The notes: generated by a model not told the origin, from the sequence alone. Shown: positions 1 to 7,706, counted from the stretch's first letter. The stretch: 11,738 bases of DNA from Candidatus Nanohaloarchaea archaeon (GCA_046497485.1 JAWOFP010000059.1:1-11738); one strand, 5' to 3'. Numbers and translations: made by a program.

Positions 1-311
1 CCTGCATGAAAAAACCTGATTTCAGGCCTAGAGTATTTTCTTCTGAGATAGTTGCGAAAAGACTTGAAATCCTCCTGACGTTCTAAGTCGATTCTTAAGA
101 CTTCTTCAGGCCTTTTTCCGGGCGAGATCCGCCATTCCTCAAACTGCGAAGCATAAGTTTTGGAAGCCGTTTCTGCACGGATCTTCTTCAATAAACTTTT
201 CTCTCCAGCAATGTAGAGTGTAGGCCTGTAAACTCTTTCTTCTCTGAATAGCTCTCCATTTTTGCGGCTCCACTCAATCGCTTTGTCTCCCTGAAAATCT
301 ATCTTGAACAT
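1..311 (-). CDS. polB2: Family B DNA polymerase, PolB2 group, N-terminal ~103 aa (runs off the window edge)
   Basis: Not in the ORF track. Hand translation from ATG at 311 is open to base 1: MFKIDFQGDKAIEWSRKNGELFREERVYRPTLYIAGEK...EEWRISPGKRPEEVLRIDLE...PEIRFFHAG. The FKIDF..EW..YRPTLY..EEW..VLRID pattern resembles haloarchaeal PolB2 N-termini. The start overlaps the stop of the arCOG07300-type gene, the known neighbour of polB2. The catalytic domain is outside the window. Confidence 0.75.
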   Translation of the reverse strand, partial: MFKIDFQGDKAIEWSRKNGELFREERVYRPTLYIAGEKSLLKKIRAETASKTYASQFEEWRISPGKRPEEVLRIDLERQEDFKSFRNYLRRKYSRPEIRFFHA

Positions 312-571
312 TCTATCTCTTCTTCCAGTTCATCCATTCTTTTCTCTAACCTATGGATTTCCTTTTCCTGTTCAACCTGTATAGAAATTAATGCGGTTTC
401 TGCAGGATTCCTGGGATTCATGTAGCTTGACGCGGACGCATGGTAGAAGGCCTTCTCCCACAGCGAATCTAGGTGTTTCTTATCTTCCTTCCTGAGCGCT
501 CTCTTGAATGGTTTGAAGCTTTCCTTCAGTTTTTCTAGCCTGTTTCTGTAAGTTTGATTGGTTCTTCCCAC
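299..571 (-). CDS. Small PolB2-associated helical protein (arCOG07300-type)
   Basis: 90 aa, MGRTNQTYRNRL...FKRALRKEDKKHLDSLWEKA..HASASSYMN...LISIQVEQE, the characteristic MGRTxxTYR/FRRALR signature. GTG start with a strong SD (GGAGGTGA, complement at 579-586). Overlaps both flanking genes. Confidence 0.82.
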   Translation of the reverse strand: MGRTNQTYRNRLEKLKESFKPFKRALRKEDKKHLDSLWEKAFYHASASSYMNPRNPAETALISIQVEQEKEIHRLEKRMDELEEEIECSR

Positions 572-1128
572 TTTTCTCTCACCTCCTCGTAGAACGGTAC
601 AGTAGTCTGGACACCTGTATTATCAGTATAAACCTGAGTCTGGCGATCTTTCTGAGAAAATTTCAGGCCTTGACCGGTCTCTTCAACTTTGATACTGTTA
701 TTCGATTTTTCTTCTGCTTTGAACCCGATTTCTCCGGAAATAGAGTACAGAATTTTTCCTTTCAGGCCTTCCAACATGTCCTCAAATAATTCTACTGCTT
801 CAGTTCTGTAAAGCGAACTTTCCTCGTAAAGCCTGTCGATTTCTGGGGCCACAATCAGATCATATTCTCCAATATTTTTGCACAATTGTTGATGCTGAAG
901 CGCTGTAAAGGCTCTTGCGATATAGATTTTATCCAGTAGTTCAGGCCTTGACTCAAAGTAATGTGTATTCGCTTGGTTAGATGAGTCGATCCACAGAATT
1001 TTCTCATGTTTTGCTGCTAGATGCTTTATGAGTGCTGGAAAGGCTAGAGCTGTGTCTGTCTCGACAAAGTTCCATCCATCTACTACTTTCGGCGTCTGAA
1101 TATCTCTGACTTTTTGAGAAATAGGCAT
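535..1128 (-). CDS. Inactivated RadA/RecA-fold (P-loop-less) protein of the polB2 operon
   Basis: ILWIDS..., LLDKIYIARAFTALQHQQL and DLIVAPEIDRLY resemble RadA core strands, but there is no GxxxxGKT Walker A. ATG at 1128 (MPISQK) follows GGGGGAGGGG and is preferred over the track's TTG at 1140. Confidence 0.75.
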   Translation of the reverse strand: MPISQKVRDIQTPKVVDGWNFVETDTALAFPALIKHLAAKHEKILWIDSSNQANTHYFESRPELLDKIYIARAFTALQHQQLCKNIGEYDLIVAPEIDRLYEESSLYRTEAVELFEDMLEGLKGKILYSISGEIGFKAEEKSNNSIKVEETGQGLKFSQKDRQTQVYTDNTGVQTTVPFYEEVREKWEEPIKLTETG

Positions 1129-1175
1129 CCCCTCCCCCAAGGTTAGGCCTCCGGGAAATCTTTCAAGCTATAATT

Positions 1176-1200
1176 GTCGCTGCAGGGTATTTAAGGCGAC
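1176..1200 (-). promoter_or_regulatory. Candidate polB2-operon promoter: TATA box TTAAATA (1194-1188) inside a GTCGC-N15-GCGAC inverted repeat
   Basis: Seen directly in the intergenic gap upstream of the operon; function inferred. Confidence 0.4.
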
Positions 1201-1223
1201 TCGCAGCTTTCCGGATGTCCGAA

Positions 1224-1949
1224 TCAACCAAATAATATCCTAAGACCCGCTACCAAAATTAAAGCTAAAGTAAAGCTCTCAAGCATTTTCTCCGGCACAA
1301 GATATCTGAATCTTGATGCGATTTTTACCATAATTAATCCAAAAATCGATGCAATAATTGAGATTTCAATTAGCTGCAAAGTATAGAGGCCTGTGAGATA
1401 TGATGCTGAAGCCCTAATAGTTGTAGCTGAAAGGATTATTAAACTTAAAAGGCCTGTAAAAGTCGCTTTATCTACTTCCAGTCTTTCTAGATAGGTTACG
1501 AATAGAAGGCCTAATCCTGTGGATCCGAAAGAGATTCCAGAAAACCCTCCAATCAATGACTGGTTGTACCATTTTGCTGTGAAGCATTTTGAAACCAAGT
1601 TTTCAGGTCGCGGAACTAAATCCTGTCTGCTATAAACATAGAGAACTGCTGCAACTCCAATAATGTAAGATATAATTTGAACTGGAAAGAGGTCTATGAC
1701 AAGAATGCCAATTAATGAACCAGCGAGGCCTGTCAAAATGAAGTAGATGTAATTCTCAACGCAGCTCCTGAGTTCGGAGGTTTCAGCTTCCAGAATCAAT
1801 GGAATATTAACCGCAAGCAATGGAAAAATCATAACTGCAACAGCATCCTGAGCCGGAATAAAGTTGGCAAGCAACGCCGTGCCAAGAATACCGAAGCCGA
1901 ATCCTGCAAGGCCTTTCACCAAAGCACCTATAGAAACAAATAAAACCAC
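1224..1949 (-). CDS. Sulfite exporter TauE/SafE (TSUP/DUF81) family membrane protein
   Basis: GALVKGLAGFGFGIL N-terminal motif and second-repeat GGFSGISFGSTGLG; about 8 hydrophobic segments. The frame stays open upstream to an ATT at 1973 (see findings). Confidence 0.85.
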   Translation of the reverse strand: MVLFVSIGALVKGLAGFGFGILGTALLANFIPAQDAVAVMIFPLLAVNIPLILEAETSELRSCVENYIYFILTGLAGSLIGILVIDLFPVQIISYIIGVAAVLYVYSRQDLVPRPENLVSKCFTAKWYNQSLIGGFSGISFGSTGLGLLFVTYLERLEVDKATFTGLLSLIILSATTIRASASYLTGLYTLQLIEISIIASIFGLIMVKIASRFRYLVPEKMLESFTLALILVAGLRILFG

Positions 1950-2003
1950 TAGGCCTAGAACTGTAAAATCAATAGTTTAGTTTACCAGTTCTCAGTAAAG
2001 AAT

Positions 2004-3014
2004 CTATTGCTTCAAACTATATTTTCTATCCCGGGTAGAACCTTTAGGTTCTACCAACCCATAGGCCTCCATCTTCTTCATATAACGCCTTAAAGTCCTG
2101 TCAGTAGGCCCTTCTTCTACTTTCTCTCTGTAGGCCTCGAAAAGGTCTCTAGACTTAAGCTCTTTCTCCTCTTTCAATATATCGTAGAGCTTTCTCTGAT
2201 CTTCATTCAGTTTTTGAAGAGATACTGAACGATTGTCTTTGACTGCGTCAGAAAAGCTTTCCTTGACTACCTCTCTTTCTATTTTTTCGAGGCCTTCTCT
2301 TTCCGCTTGCTGGGCTGCTTTTCTCAAAGTAGAGATAGCAACTCTTGCATCGCCCCCAGACTTAGAGGCTATAAGCTTCAAAACCGAATCTTCAATTACA
2401 TTATCTCTTAGACCATACTCTACACGGTCCTTCAAGATATCCAGTATCTCATTGTCATTGTAGGCCTTAAATCTTATTTCATTGATTGAAGAAAACGAGG
2501 ACCTTATCCTATCATCCATATCCGCAAAAATATCATCTCTATTCGCTATCAGTATGATCGCCGCATTTTGAAAACGGGACAAATCGTATAGAACTTTCTC
2601 ATCTTTTATCTGGTCTACTTCATCGATCACTATAACCATAGGGCTTTTGTAGGCCTTCTCTTCGAACTTATCAACTAATTCTTCCGTACTTGTGCCTCCA
2701 CGAGTGACGAACTCATTCATATCCCTCAGAAGCTTGTAGTATACTTCAAAACGGCTTGGTTGTCCGAATCCATCGACAAAACCTGATAGAACCTCTGGAG
2801 AATGTTTCTCTAGTTCATCGACGACATACTCTGCCATCGCAGTCTTTCCTGTTCCTGGAGGCCCGTAGATCAGCATATCTATAGGCGGTTGATCCTGAAG
2901 TATAGGCCTTAAGTTAGAAGCAATGACTTCGCGTTCGTTGTCCCGATGCACCATTCTATTAGGCAGATAGTCTGCTGTAAGAACTCTGGCATCGTCTATT
3001 ACAGTATTCTCCAT
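2004..3014 (-). CDS. cdc6: Orc1/Cdc6 family AAA+ protein (short 336-aa paralog)
   Basis: DARVL..DYLP..MVHRD N-terminus, Walker A GPPGTGKT, Walker B VIDEVD, RIRSS arginine finger, GDARVAI sensor 2, C-terminal winged helix (RTLRRYMKKMEAYGLV). Confidence 0.95.
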   Translation of the reverse strand: MENTVIDDARVLTADYLPNRMVHRDNEREVIASNLRPILQDQPPIDMLIYGPPGTGKTAMAEYVVDELEKHSPEVLSGFVDGFGQPSRFEVYYKLLRDMNEFVTRGGTSTEELVDKFEEKAYKSPMVIVIDEVDQIKDEKVLYDLSRFQNAAIILIANRDDIFADMDDRIRSSFSSINEIRFKAYNDNEILDILKDRVEYGLRDNVIEDSVLKLIASKSGGDARVAISTLRKAAQQAEREGLEKIEREVVKESFSDAVKDNRSVSLQKLNEDQRKLYDILKEEKELKSRDLFEAYREKVEEGPTDRTLRRYMKKMEAYGLVEPKGSTRDRKYSLKQ

Positions 3015-3055
3015 CCCCCGAATAACTGTTAGAAAATAAGAGTTAAATCAGTTTT

Positions 3056-3397
3056 TCAACCTATATAATCCTGAGAATCCTCGACCTCTGAGGCCTCAGC
3101 ATCTTCCGATGGATCGGATTTACTCCGGTCAGGCAGCTCGATTTCCCCAAATTTTTCCTCGTAATTCTCAATATTTTTCTCTAGTAACTGTTTGAACATT
3201 TTTGCTTTTTCAGGTCTCATAACTACCGGATTGTGTTCTGAGACTACTGTCTGGATCTTGTCGCTTGAGGACTGGTCCAGTCTTGGAGCTGTTTTTCTAA
3301 AATCCATTACAAGCTGGCCTTCTCGGAAGATAACTGCTAGAGAATCAGGTTTGAAGCTTTCACCCGTACGAGACTCAAAGTTTGTTGAATCAGTCAT
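3056..3397 (-). CDS. DUF3467 family protein
   Basis: LVMDF...VVMRPEKAKMFKQLLEKNIENYEEKFGEI matches the DUF3467 C-terminal pattern; acidic tail. Confidence 0.75.
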   Translation of the reverse strand: MTDSTNFESRTGESFKPDSLAVIFREGQLVMDFRKTAPRLDQSSSDKIQTVVSEHNPVVMRPEKAKMFKQLLEKNIENYEEKFGEIELPDRSKSDPSEDAEASEVEDSQDYIG

Positions 3398-3421
3398 AAT
3401 TATTATTTCTTCCAGAGTTTT

Positions 3422-3832
3422 TTATCTTTCAATTGCTTCCCGGATCGGAGATTCATCTCTTATCGGTCCAGGCCTTCCAGGTGCGAAGACAGCCAGTCCT
3501 ACAGTTTCAGCGTCTTCTATCTCGAAGCTATGTTCAAATAACCGGGTTTCTCCCGGCACCATGTACACTGTTTGGGCTCTGGAATCAAGCACATTATTTT
3601 CAGAATCTAGAGTTCTAAATTCTATTCTTACTTCTCCTTCACCACCATTGTTTCTAATAGATGCGTTAAGATTCGCGATTAATTGATCGCCTGTATCGTT
3701 TGAGCTTACTGAGAATGATTCGGACTCTGGGTTTGGGAATCCGGAAAACAGGTAGATAAACGCTCCGGCTGCTGAAGCCACAAGTGTAAATGTCATGATG
3801 ATTCCAAGAGTTATTCCCCGGATAACACTCAT
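3422..3832 (-). CDS. Membrane-anchored protein with a small Ig-like (FxLYD-like) extracellular domain
   Basis: N-terminal TM helix, then IRNNG..VRIEFRTLDSENNVLD...VPGETRLF; several N-x-S/T sequons. Confidence 0.6.
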   Translation of the reverse strand: MSVIRGITLGIIMTFTLVASAAGAFIYLFSGFPNPESESFSVSSNDTGDQLIANLNASIRNNGGEGEVRIEFRTLDSENNVLDSRAQTVYMVPGETRLFEHSFEIEDAETVGLAVFAPGRPGPIRDESPIREAIER

Positions 3833-3857
3833 AGTAAATAATCCGATAAGTTAGAAT

Positions 3858-3870
3858 AAAAAAGAAAAAA
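3858..3870 (-). terminator. Oligo-T archaeal terminator after the nitroreductase gene
   Basis: TTTTTTCTTTTTT on the minus strand, 2 nt after the stop codon. Confidence 0.55.
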
Positions 3871-3872
3871 GT

Positions 3873-4478
3873 TTAGAAGTCGAAGCTCCCTTGGCTTACT
3901 ACTTCATCCATAGCTTTTCTGCCGTTAGGCTCGACTCTAGCATCCTCAGGAAGACTCTCTTCATCTTCTTTGCTTCCTACAGCAATCATAGCTTCTACTT
4001 CAAACTCTTCAGGAATATCTAGGACTTCTTTCGCTTTCTCATAGTCGAATCCCTGCATACCGTGAGCTACAAGGCCTCTACGGGCTGCTTCTAATGCCAG
4101 GTTTTCCCATGCCGCCCCGGTATCAAAGCTGTGGGTCACTGAAGGCTCGTCATTGTGATCAAATGTTGTCTTTGAAGCGAGTACTATCAGCGCGTATCCG
4201 GATTCTGCCCAAATCTCATTGAACTCATCCAGTAGGCCTACAAAGTCCTCGAATTCTTCGTCTTCATAAGTCGAGTAGATGAATCTCCAGGACTGGTTGT
4301 TGTAACTTGAAGGCGCCCAGCGAGCGGCTTCAAACAAGGCCTTTAATTCGTCTTCTTCCATGTCTCGGCCTAATGCTCTTGGACTCCATCGATGGATGAA
4401 CATCGGGCTTATGTCATAGTCCGGTTCTCGGTTTTCTTCAGCTTCTCTCTGTAATTCATTCAACTCATCTGATTTCAT
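3873..4478 (-). CDS. Nitroreductase family protein (FMN-dependent NAD(P)H oxidoreductase)
   Basis: RWSPRA, LFEAARWAPSSYNNQSWRF, FDTGAAWENLALEA..GLVAHGMQGFD motifs. Confidence 0.93.
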   Translation of the reverse strand: MKSDELNELQREAEENREPDYDISPMFIHRWSPRALGRDMEEDELKALFEAARWAPSSYNNQSWRFIYSTYEDEEFEDFVGLLDEFNEIWAESGYALIVLASKTTFDHNDEPSVTHSFDTGAAWENLALEAARRGLVAHGMQGFDYEKAKEVLDIPEEFEVEAMIAVGSKEDEESLPEDARVEPNGRKAMDEVVSQGSFDF

Positions 4479-4488
4479 AATGTTATCA

Positions 4489-4535
4489 GGTTCATAAACG
4501 AACCATTATATAAGAGGAAGGTACAGAAGTGTAAC
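4489..4535. promoter_or_regulatory. Bidirectional promoter: palindromic TATA (TTATATAA, 4506-4513) flanked by two imperfect 16-bp palindromes, candidate HxlR operators
   Basis: GGTTCATAAACGAACC (4489-4504) and GGTACAGAAGTGTAAC (4520-4535). The TATA box lies 27 and 24 nt from the two divergent ATGs. Confidence 0.65.
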
Positions 4536-4537
4536 CT

Positions 4538-4840
4538 ATGGAACCAGGCCCGTGCTCAGTAATAGAAAGCTTCGATATGATCGGAAGCAAATGGAAACTA
4601 ATCATAATCAACGATTTACAGAACGGTGAGAAAAGATTCAACGAGCTTAAGAGAAGTACAGAGGCCTCATCAAGAACCCTATCCAGAGTCCTGCAGGACC
4701 TTCAGGAAGATGGAATAGTTGAGAAGAGAGTGGAAAATGAGAGCCCTGTCGCAAGTTACTATTCTTTAACTGAGAAAGGTCTTGGGCTCTTTCCTGTTTT
4801 CGAGGAGATAAATGAATGGGCGGAAGAATGGCTCGAGTAA
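4538..4840 (+). CDS. HxlR/DUF24 family winged-helix transcriptional regulator (probable thiol/quinone sensor)
   Basis: C6 in CSVIESFDMIGSKWKLIII, then RFNELKR..SSRTLSRVLQDLQEDGIV..YSLTEKG; divergent from the nitroreductase. Confidence 0.92.
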   Translation: MEPGPCSVIESFDMIGSKWKLIIINDLQNGEKRFNELKRSTEASSRTLSRVLQDLQEDGIVEKRVENESPVASYYSLTEKGLGLFPVFEEINEWAEEWLE

Positions 4841-4889
4841 CCGGAATGTGTTTCAGGTTTAATTAATTTCCCTTCTAAATTCCTAGTTA

Positions 4890-5573
4890 ATGAGTTCTGT
4901 CGCGATAGTGATGCCTGCGTTGAATGAACGCGAAGCAATTGTCCAGCTTCTTGAAGAGATGCCTGAGACAGTCTGCGGCAGAGATACCGAGACCTACATA
5001 ATCGATGGCGGATCAACAGATGGAACTCAAGAAGCAGTCAAAGAATCAAGAGCAGAGTTAATCCATCAAAATTACAGCGGAGGGAAAGGCGCTGCAATGA
5101 GAGAAAGCCTAGACAAAATAGAATCCGATATCTATGTATTCATGGATGCAGACATGACTTATCCTCCTGGAGAACTCGAAAAACTGGTGAGACCTATAGA
5201 GAACGGAGAAGCAAAACATGTAATGGGTTCTAGGCTTGAAAGAAGAGAAGAAGGAGCCTTCATGTACAGAAACTTCTACGCCAACAAAATGCTTGGATGG
5301 CTTTACAGAAAACTTACAGACTCAGAAATCAAAGACTTCCTCACAGGCTATAGAGCGATCAGCAACGACTTAGCGGAAAAATTGGAGCTAAACTCAGAAG
5401 GCTTCGAAATCGAAACTGAAATAACCTTCAAGACACTGAAACTAGGAGAAAAAGTGAAAGAAGTAGAAATAAAATACAGGCCTAGAGTAGGCGAATCCAA
5501 GCTTGATTTCAAGAAAGAAGGCCTAAAAATTCCATTGTACGGATTGAAGCTTTCCTTATTTGAGCTCAGATAG
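4890..5573 (+). CDS. GT2 glycosyltransferase, dolichol/polyprenol-phosphate glycosyltransferase (DPM1/GtrB-like)
   Basis: IVMPALNE, IDGGSTDGT, GKGAA, FMDADMTYPP (DxD), GSR, TGYRA, FEIETE, YRPRVGESKL. Confidence 0.92.
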   Translation: MSSVAIVMPALNEREAIVQLLEEMPETVCGRDTETYIIDGGSTDGTQEAVKESRAELIHQNYSGGKGAAMRESLDKIESDIYVFMDADMTYPPGELEKLVRPIENGEAKHVMGSRLERREEGAFMYRNFYANKMLGWLYRKLTDSEIKDFLTGYRAISNDLAEKLELNSEGFEIETEITFKTLKLGEKVKEVEIKYRPRVGESKLDFKKEGLKIPLYGLKLSLFELR

Positions 5574-5958
5574 AGTTCCAAGTCTTCAAACGCTCAAAAT
5601 AATAATTGAACATCGACCCCAGTCCTACACCTATAGTATTTGCGATCATGTAATGAAGACCTAACTCAACCCCGACATACAGACCTACAAAGGAGATTAA
5701 TGTTCCTCCTGCCCTAACAATGTTTGATCTTAAAATCGCATAAGTTTTCTTATCGTATTCCTCAAACGCAAAATGATCGTTGATGAAGAAAACTGTGATT
5801 ATAGCGGCTTCCAGAGCCACCAACTTCGAAATATAGAGGTTTACAGAGCCATAATCGAACATAAGGAAAAGCACGCCGTTCTCAACCACAAGGCCTACAA
5901 CTCCCGCCAGTAGAAACTTAGTCAAACTCATGTAATCCTTGAAAACTTCTAATTTCAT
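5566..5958 (-). CDS. GtrA family lipid-linked sugar translocase
   Basis: 130 aa with 4 TM segments; KFLLAGVVG..., FFINDHFAF, NYYFERLKTW patterns. ATGA overlap with the upstream GT-C gene. Confidence 0.85.
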   Translation of the reverse strand: MKLEVFKDYMSLTKFLLAGVVGLVVENGVLFLMFDYGSVNLYISKLVALEAAIITVFFINDHFAFEEYDKKTYAILRSNIVRAGGTLISFVGLYVGVELGLHYMIANTIGVGLGSMFNYYFERLKTWNSI

Positions 5959-7313
5959 TGGGCTAGGCCTCCAATTCTGTCCTCAATTTTACAGGTCGAG
6001 ACAGGGATGTAATCACATATTCTGGTGTCCTGATAAATATCATTAAGGCGATCAATATAACTCGAATTAAATGATTCTCGTACACATTCATCGCCTTCTA
6101 CTGAATATGTGCCGTTCTCAAACCTGACAATCTTGTAACCTTCTTCCAAGTACTGTTCCTCTGATTTTAGATGGGTTTCAAGAGGGCCTGTAGGCGTGCC
6201 AGCATATGAAAGCATAGGCCATTCATTGGAAACAGTCTTACAGAAACCAATCTCGTCCGAGGCCTGTTCAAACCTGCCCGGACTCGCCAAAGAACCGGTA
6301 TCAGTAATTAAGAACCCGCTCCCGATCAGATAAATCCCTAAGACTATGTAGAAAATTCTCTCCGGGTTCTCCAATAAATTCAGGCCTTTAAACGCGAGAA
6401 AAGCAATAGGCAGAGACAAATCATAGAGGTACCGCCTGACCTTCACTTTTGTAGTAAGCTGCCGGGAAACAATAATCAGAGAAGTGAAGATCATCAACGC
6501 ATCCGTTAAATTAAAATCCATTTCCTTCACATACAGTAATGCAAAAGGAATTCCAAGGCCTGTCATCAAAAACAAGTCCTGAGGTTTGAAAGGAGTGGTT
6601 AGGCCTCTTTCCACAACATCTAACGTGTAGCTGTCGGCCATACTTGCGAAAGGATGTCCAAGCACAATGTAATTGAAGATCAGCCATGGAAGAACCACAA
6701 GGCCTGAAATGAAGACTGTCTTTACGATTTTCTTGATATTTTTCTGGAAAAGGATAAGCAGAACAAATAAAGCACCAGTATATCTAGTTAGGAACGCTAG
6801 TCCGAACCATGCTCCTGCTCTAGGCCTGTGAATCTCAGCCAGCATCAAAGCCAGGAAAGATAAAAAGAGGAGCTCCGTTCCTTCCAAGGCGCCGTAAAAT
6901 ACTGCGTACGGCGACATAACTAACACATATAGATACAGAGGATTCAAGTCATAGACTCTGGAAAATTTCAAACTGCTGAAAAGGAAAAACGCAGAGTTCA
7001 AGACTATGAATAAGTATTCCGAGGCCTTCATCGAGAAGATAAACTGGAAAAACCCAAGTATAACAGGAAGTAGAGGAGGTCTTTTCCACTCCATATAAAC
7101 CTGTTCATGGAAAAGATATTGGCCATTCAATGAGTATACGCTGAAATCCCACGCCCAGCCCTGAGAATGCTGATAAACCATCAGTAAAGTAACAAACGCA
7201 AAATATCCCAGCAAGATCTTTCGGCCTTTCAAATCTTCAAACCCAGGTTTCAGGCCTGACAGTTTTTTATTGAAAAATTCTTCCAGTTTTTGATCTCTCA
7301 TAGGCCTAATCAA
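5955..7313 (-). CDS. GT-C fold membrane glycosyltransferase (PMT_2/ArnT-like)
   Basis: WD after TM1, RPPLLP, TE in GTELLF, LAFLTRY, PWLIFNY..G.PF, RRYL; about 11 TM segments plus a C-terminal external domain. The start may be ATG at 7301 rather than TTG at 7313. Confidence 0.85.
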   Translation of the reverse strand: MIRPMRDQKLEEFFNKKLSGLKPGFEDLKGRKILLGYFAFVTLLMVYQHSQGWAWDFSVYSLNGQYLFHEQVYMEWKRPPLLPVILGFFQFIFSMKASEYLFIVLNSAFFLFSSLKFSRVYDLNPLYLYVLVMSPYAVFYGALEGTELLFLSFLALMLAEIHRPRAGAWFGLAFLTRYTGALFVLLILFQKNIKKIVKTVFISGLVVLPWLIFNYIVLGHPFASMADSYTLDVVERGLTTPFKPQDLFLMTGLGIPFALLYVKEMDFNLTDALMIFTSLIIVSRQLTTKVKVRRYLYDLSLPIAFLAFKGLNLLENPERIFYIVLGIYLIGSGFLITDTGSLASPGRFEQASDEIGFCKTVSNEWPMLSYAGTPTGPLETHLKSEEQYLEEGYKIVRFENGTYSVEGDECVRESFNSSYIDRLNDIYQDTRICDYIPVSTCKIEDRIGGLAQ

Positions 7314-7388
7314 TTCCCTTTAATTATTATATCATAGGAGCAGGTGCTTACAAATAAATTCAGAAAGTAGTATTCAATGTGATAAATT

Positions 7389-7652
7389 ATGGTAGAGTTT
7401 GAGACAATCGAGAAAGAAAGACGAGATTACGGAAACTTCCCAGGAGAAAAATTTGTAGAGGTAAGCCGAAACAAGGCAATTCAAGACGACGGCAGCGAAA
7501 ATTCATTTATTCAGATCGCCACGGGTTATTATCAGGACGAGGAGCCTAAGTACAAGAAACGGTTCACAGTCCCAACCGACAAAAAAGCAGTCGAACACAT
7601 CAAAGAGAAACTGCCAGAAATGTTTGAAAAAGAACAAGAATCCGAGGAGTAA
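7389..7652 (+). CDS. Small conserved-looking hypothetical protein, possibly PC4/PUR-like single-stranded nucleic-acid-binding fold
   Basis: 87 aa; beta-rich pattern FVEVSR...FIQIATGYY...KKRFTVP followed by a C-terminal helix; T-tract after the stop. The fold assignment is inference. Confidence 0.6.
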   Translation: MVEFETIEKERRDYGNFPGEKFVEVSRNKAIQDDGSENSFIQIATGYYQDEEPKYKKRFTVPTDKKAVEHIKEKLPEMFEKEQESEE

Positions 7653-7706
7653 AATCCTCTTCTTTTTTCAAAAAATATTTGAACATTAAATAAAAAAATC
7701 TTCATT

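Noticed and set aside
2233..2463. 76-aa plus-strand ORF
   Set aside because: Antisense shadow of cdc6; Ser/Leu-rich, as expected from the reverse of Glu/Lys/Arg codons.
3015..3055. Replication origin next to cdc6
   Set aside because: The gaps on both sides of cdc6 are only 30-55 bp, with no repeated ORBs or AT-rich unwinding element.
3192..3686. 164-aa and 61-aa plus-strand ORFs
   Set aside because: Antisense to DUF3467 and the FxLYD-like gene; Ser-rich with no motifs.
4759..5581. 85-aa and 77-aa minus-strand ORFs
   Set aside because: Antisense to the well-supported HxlR and GT2 genes.
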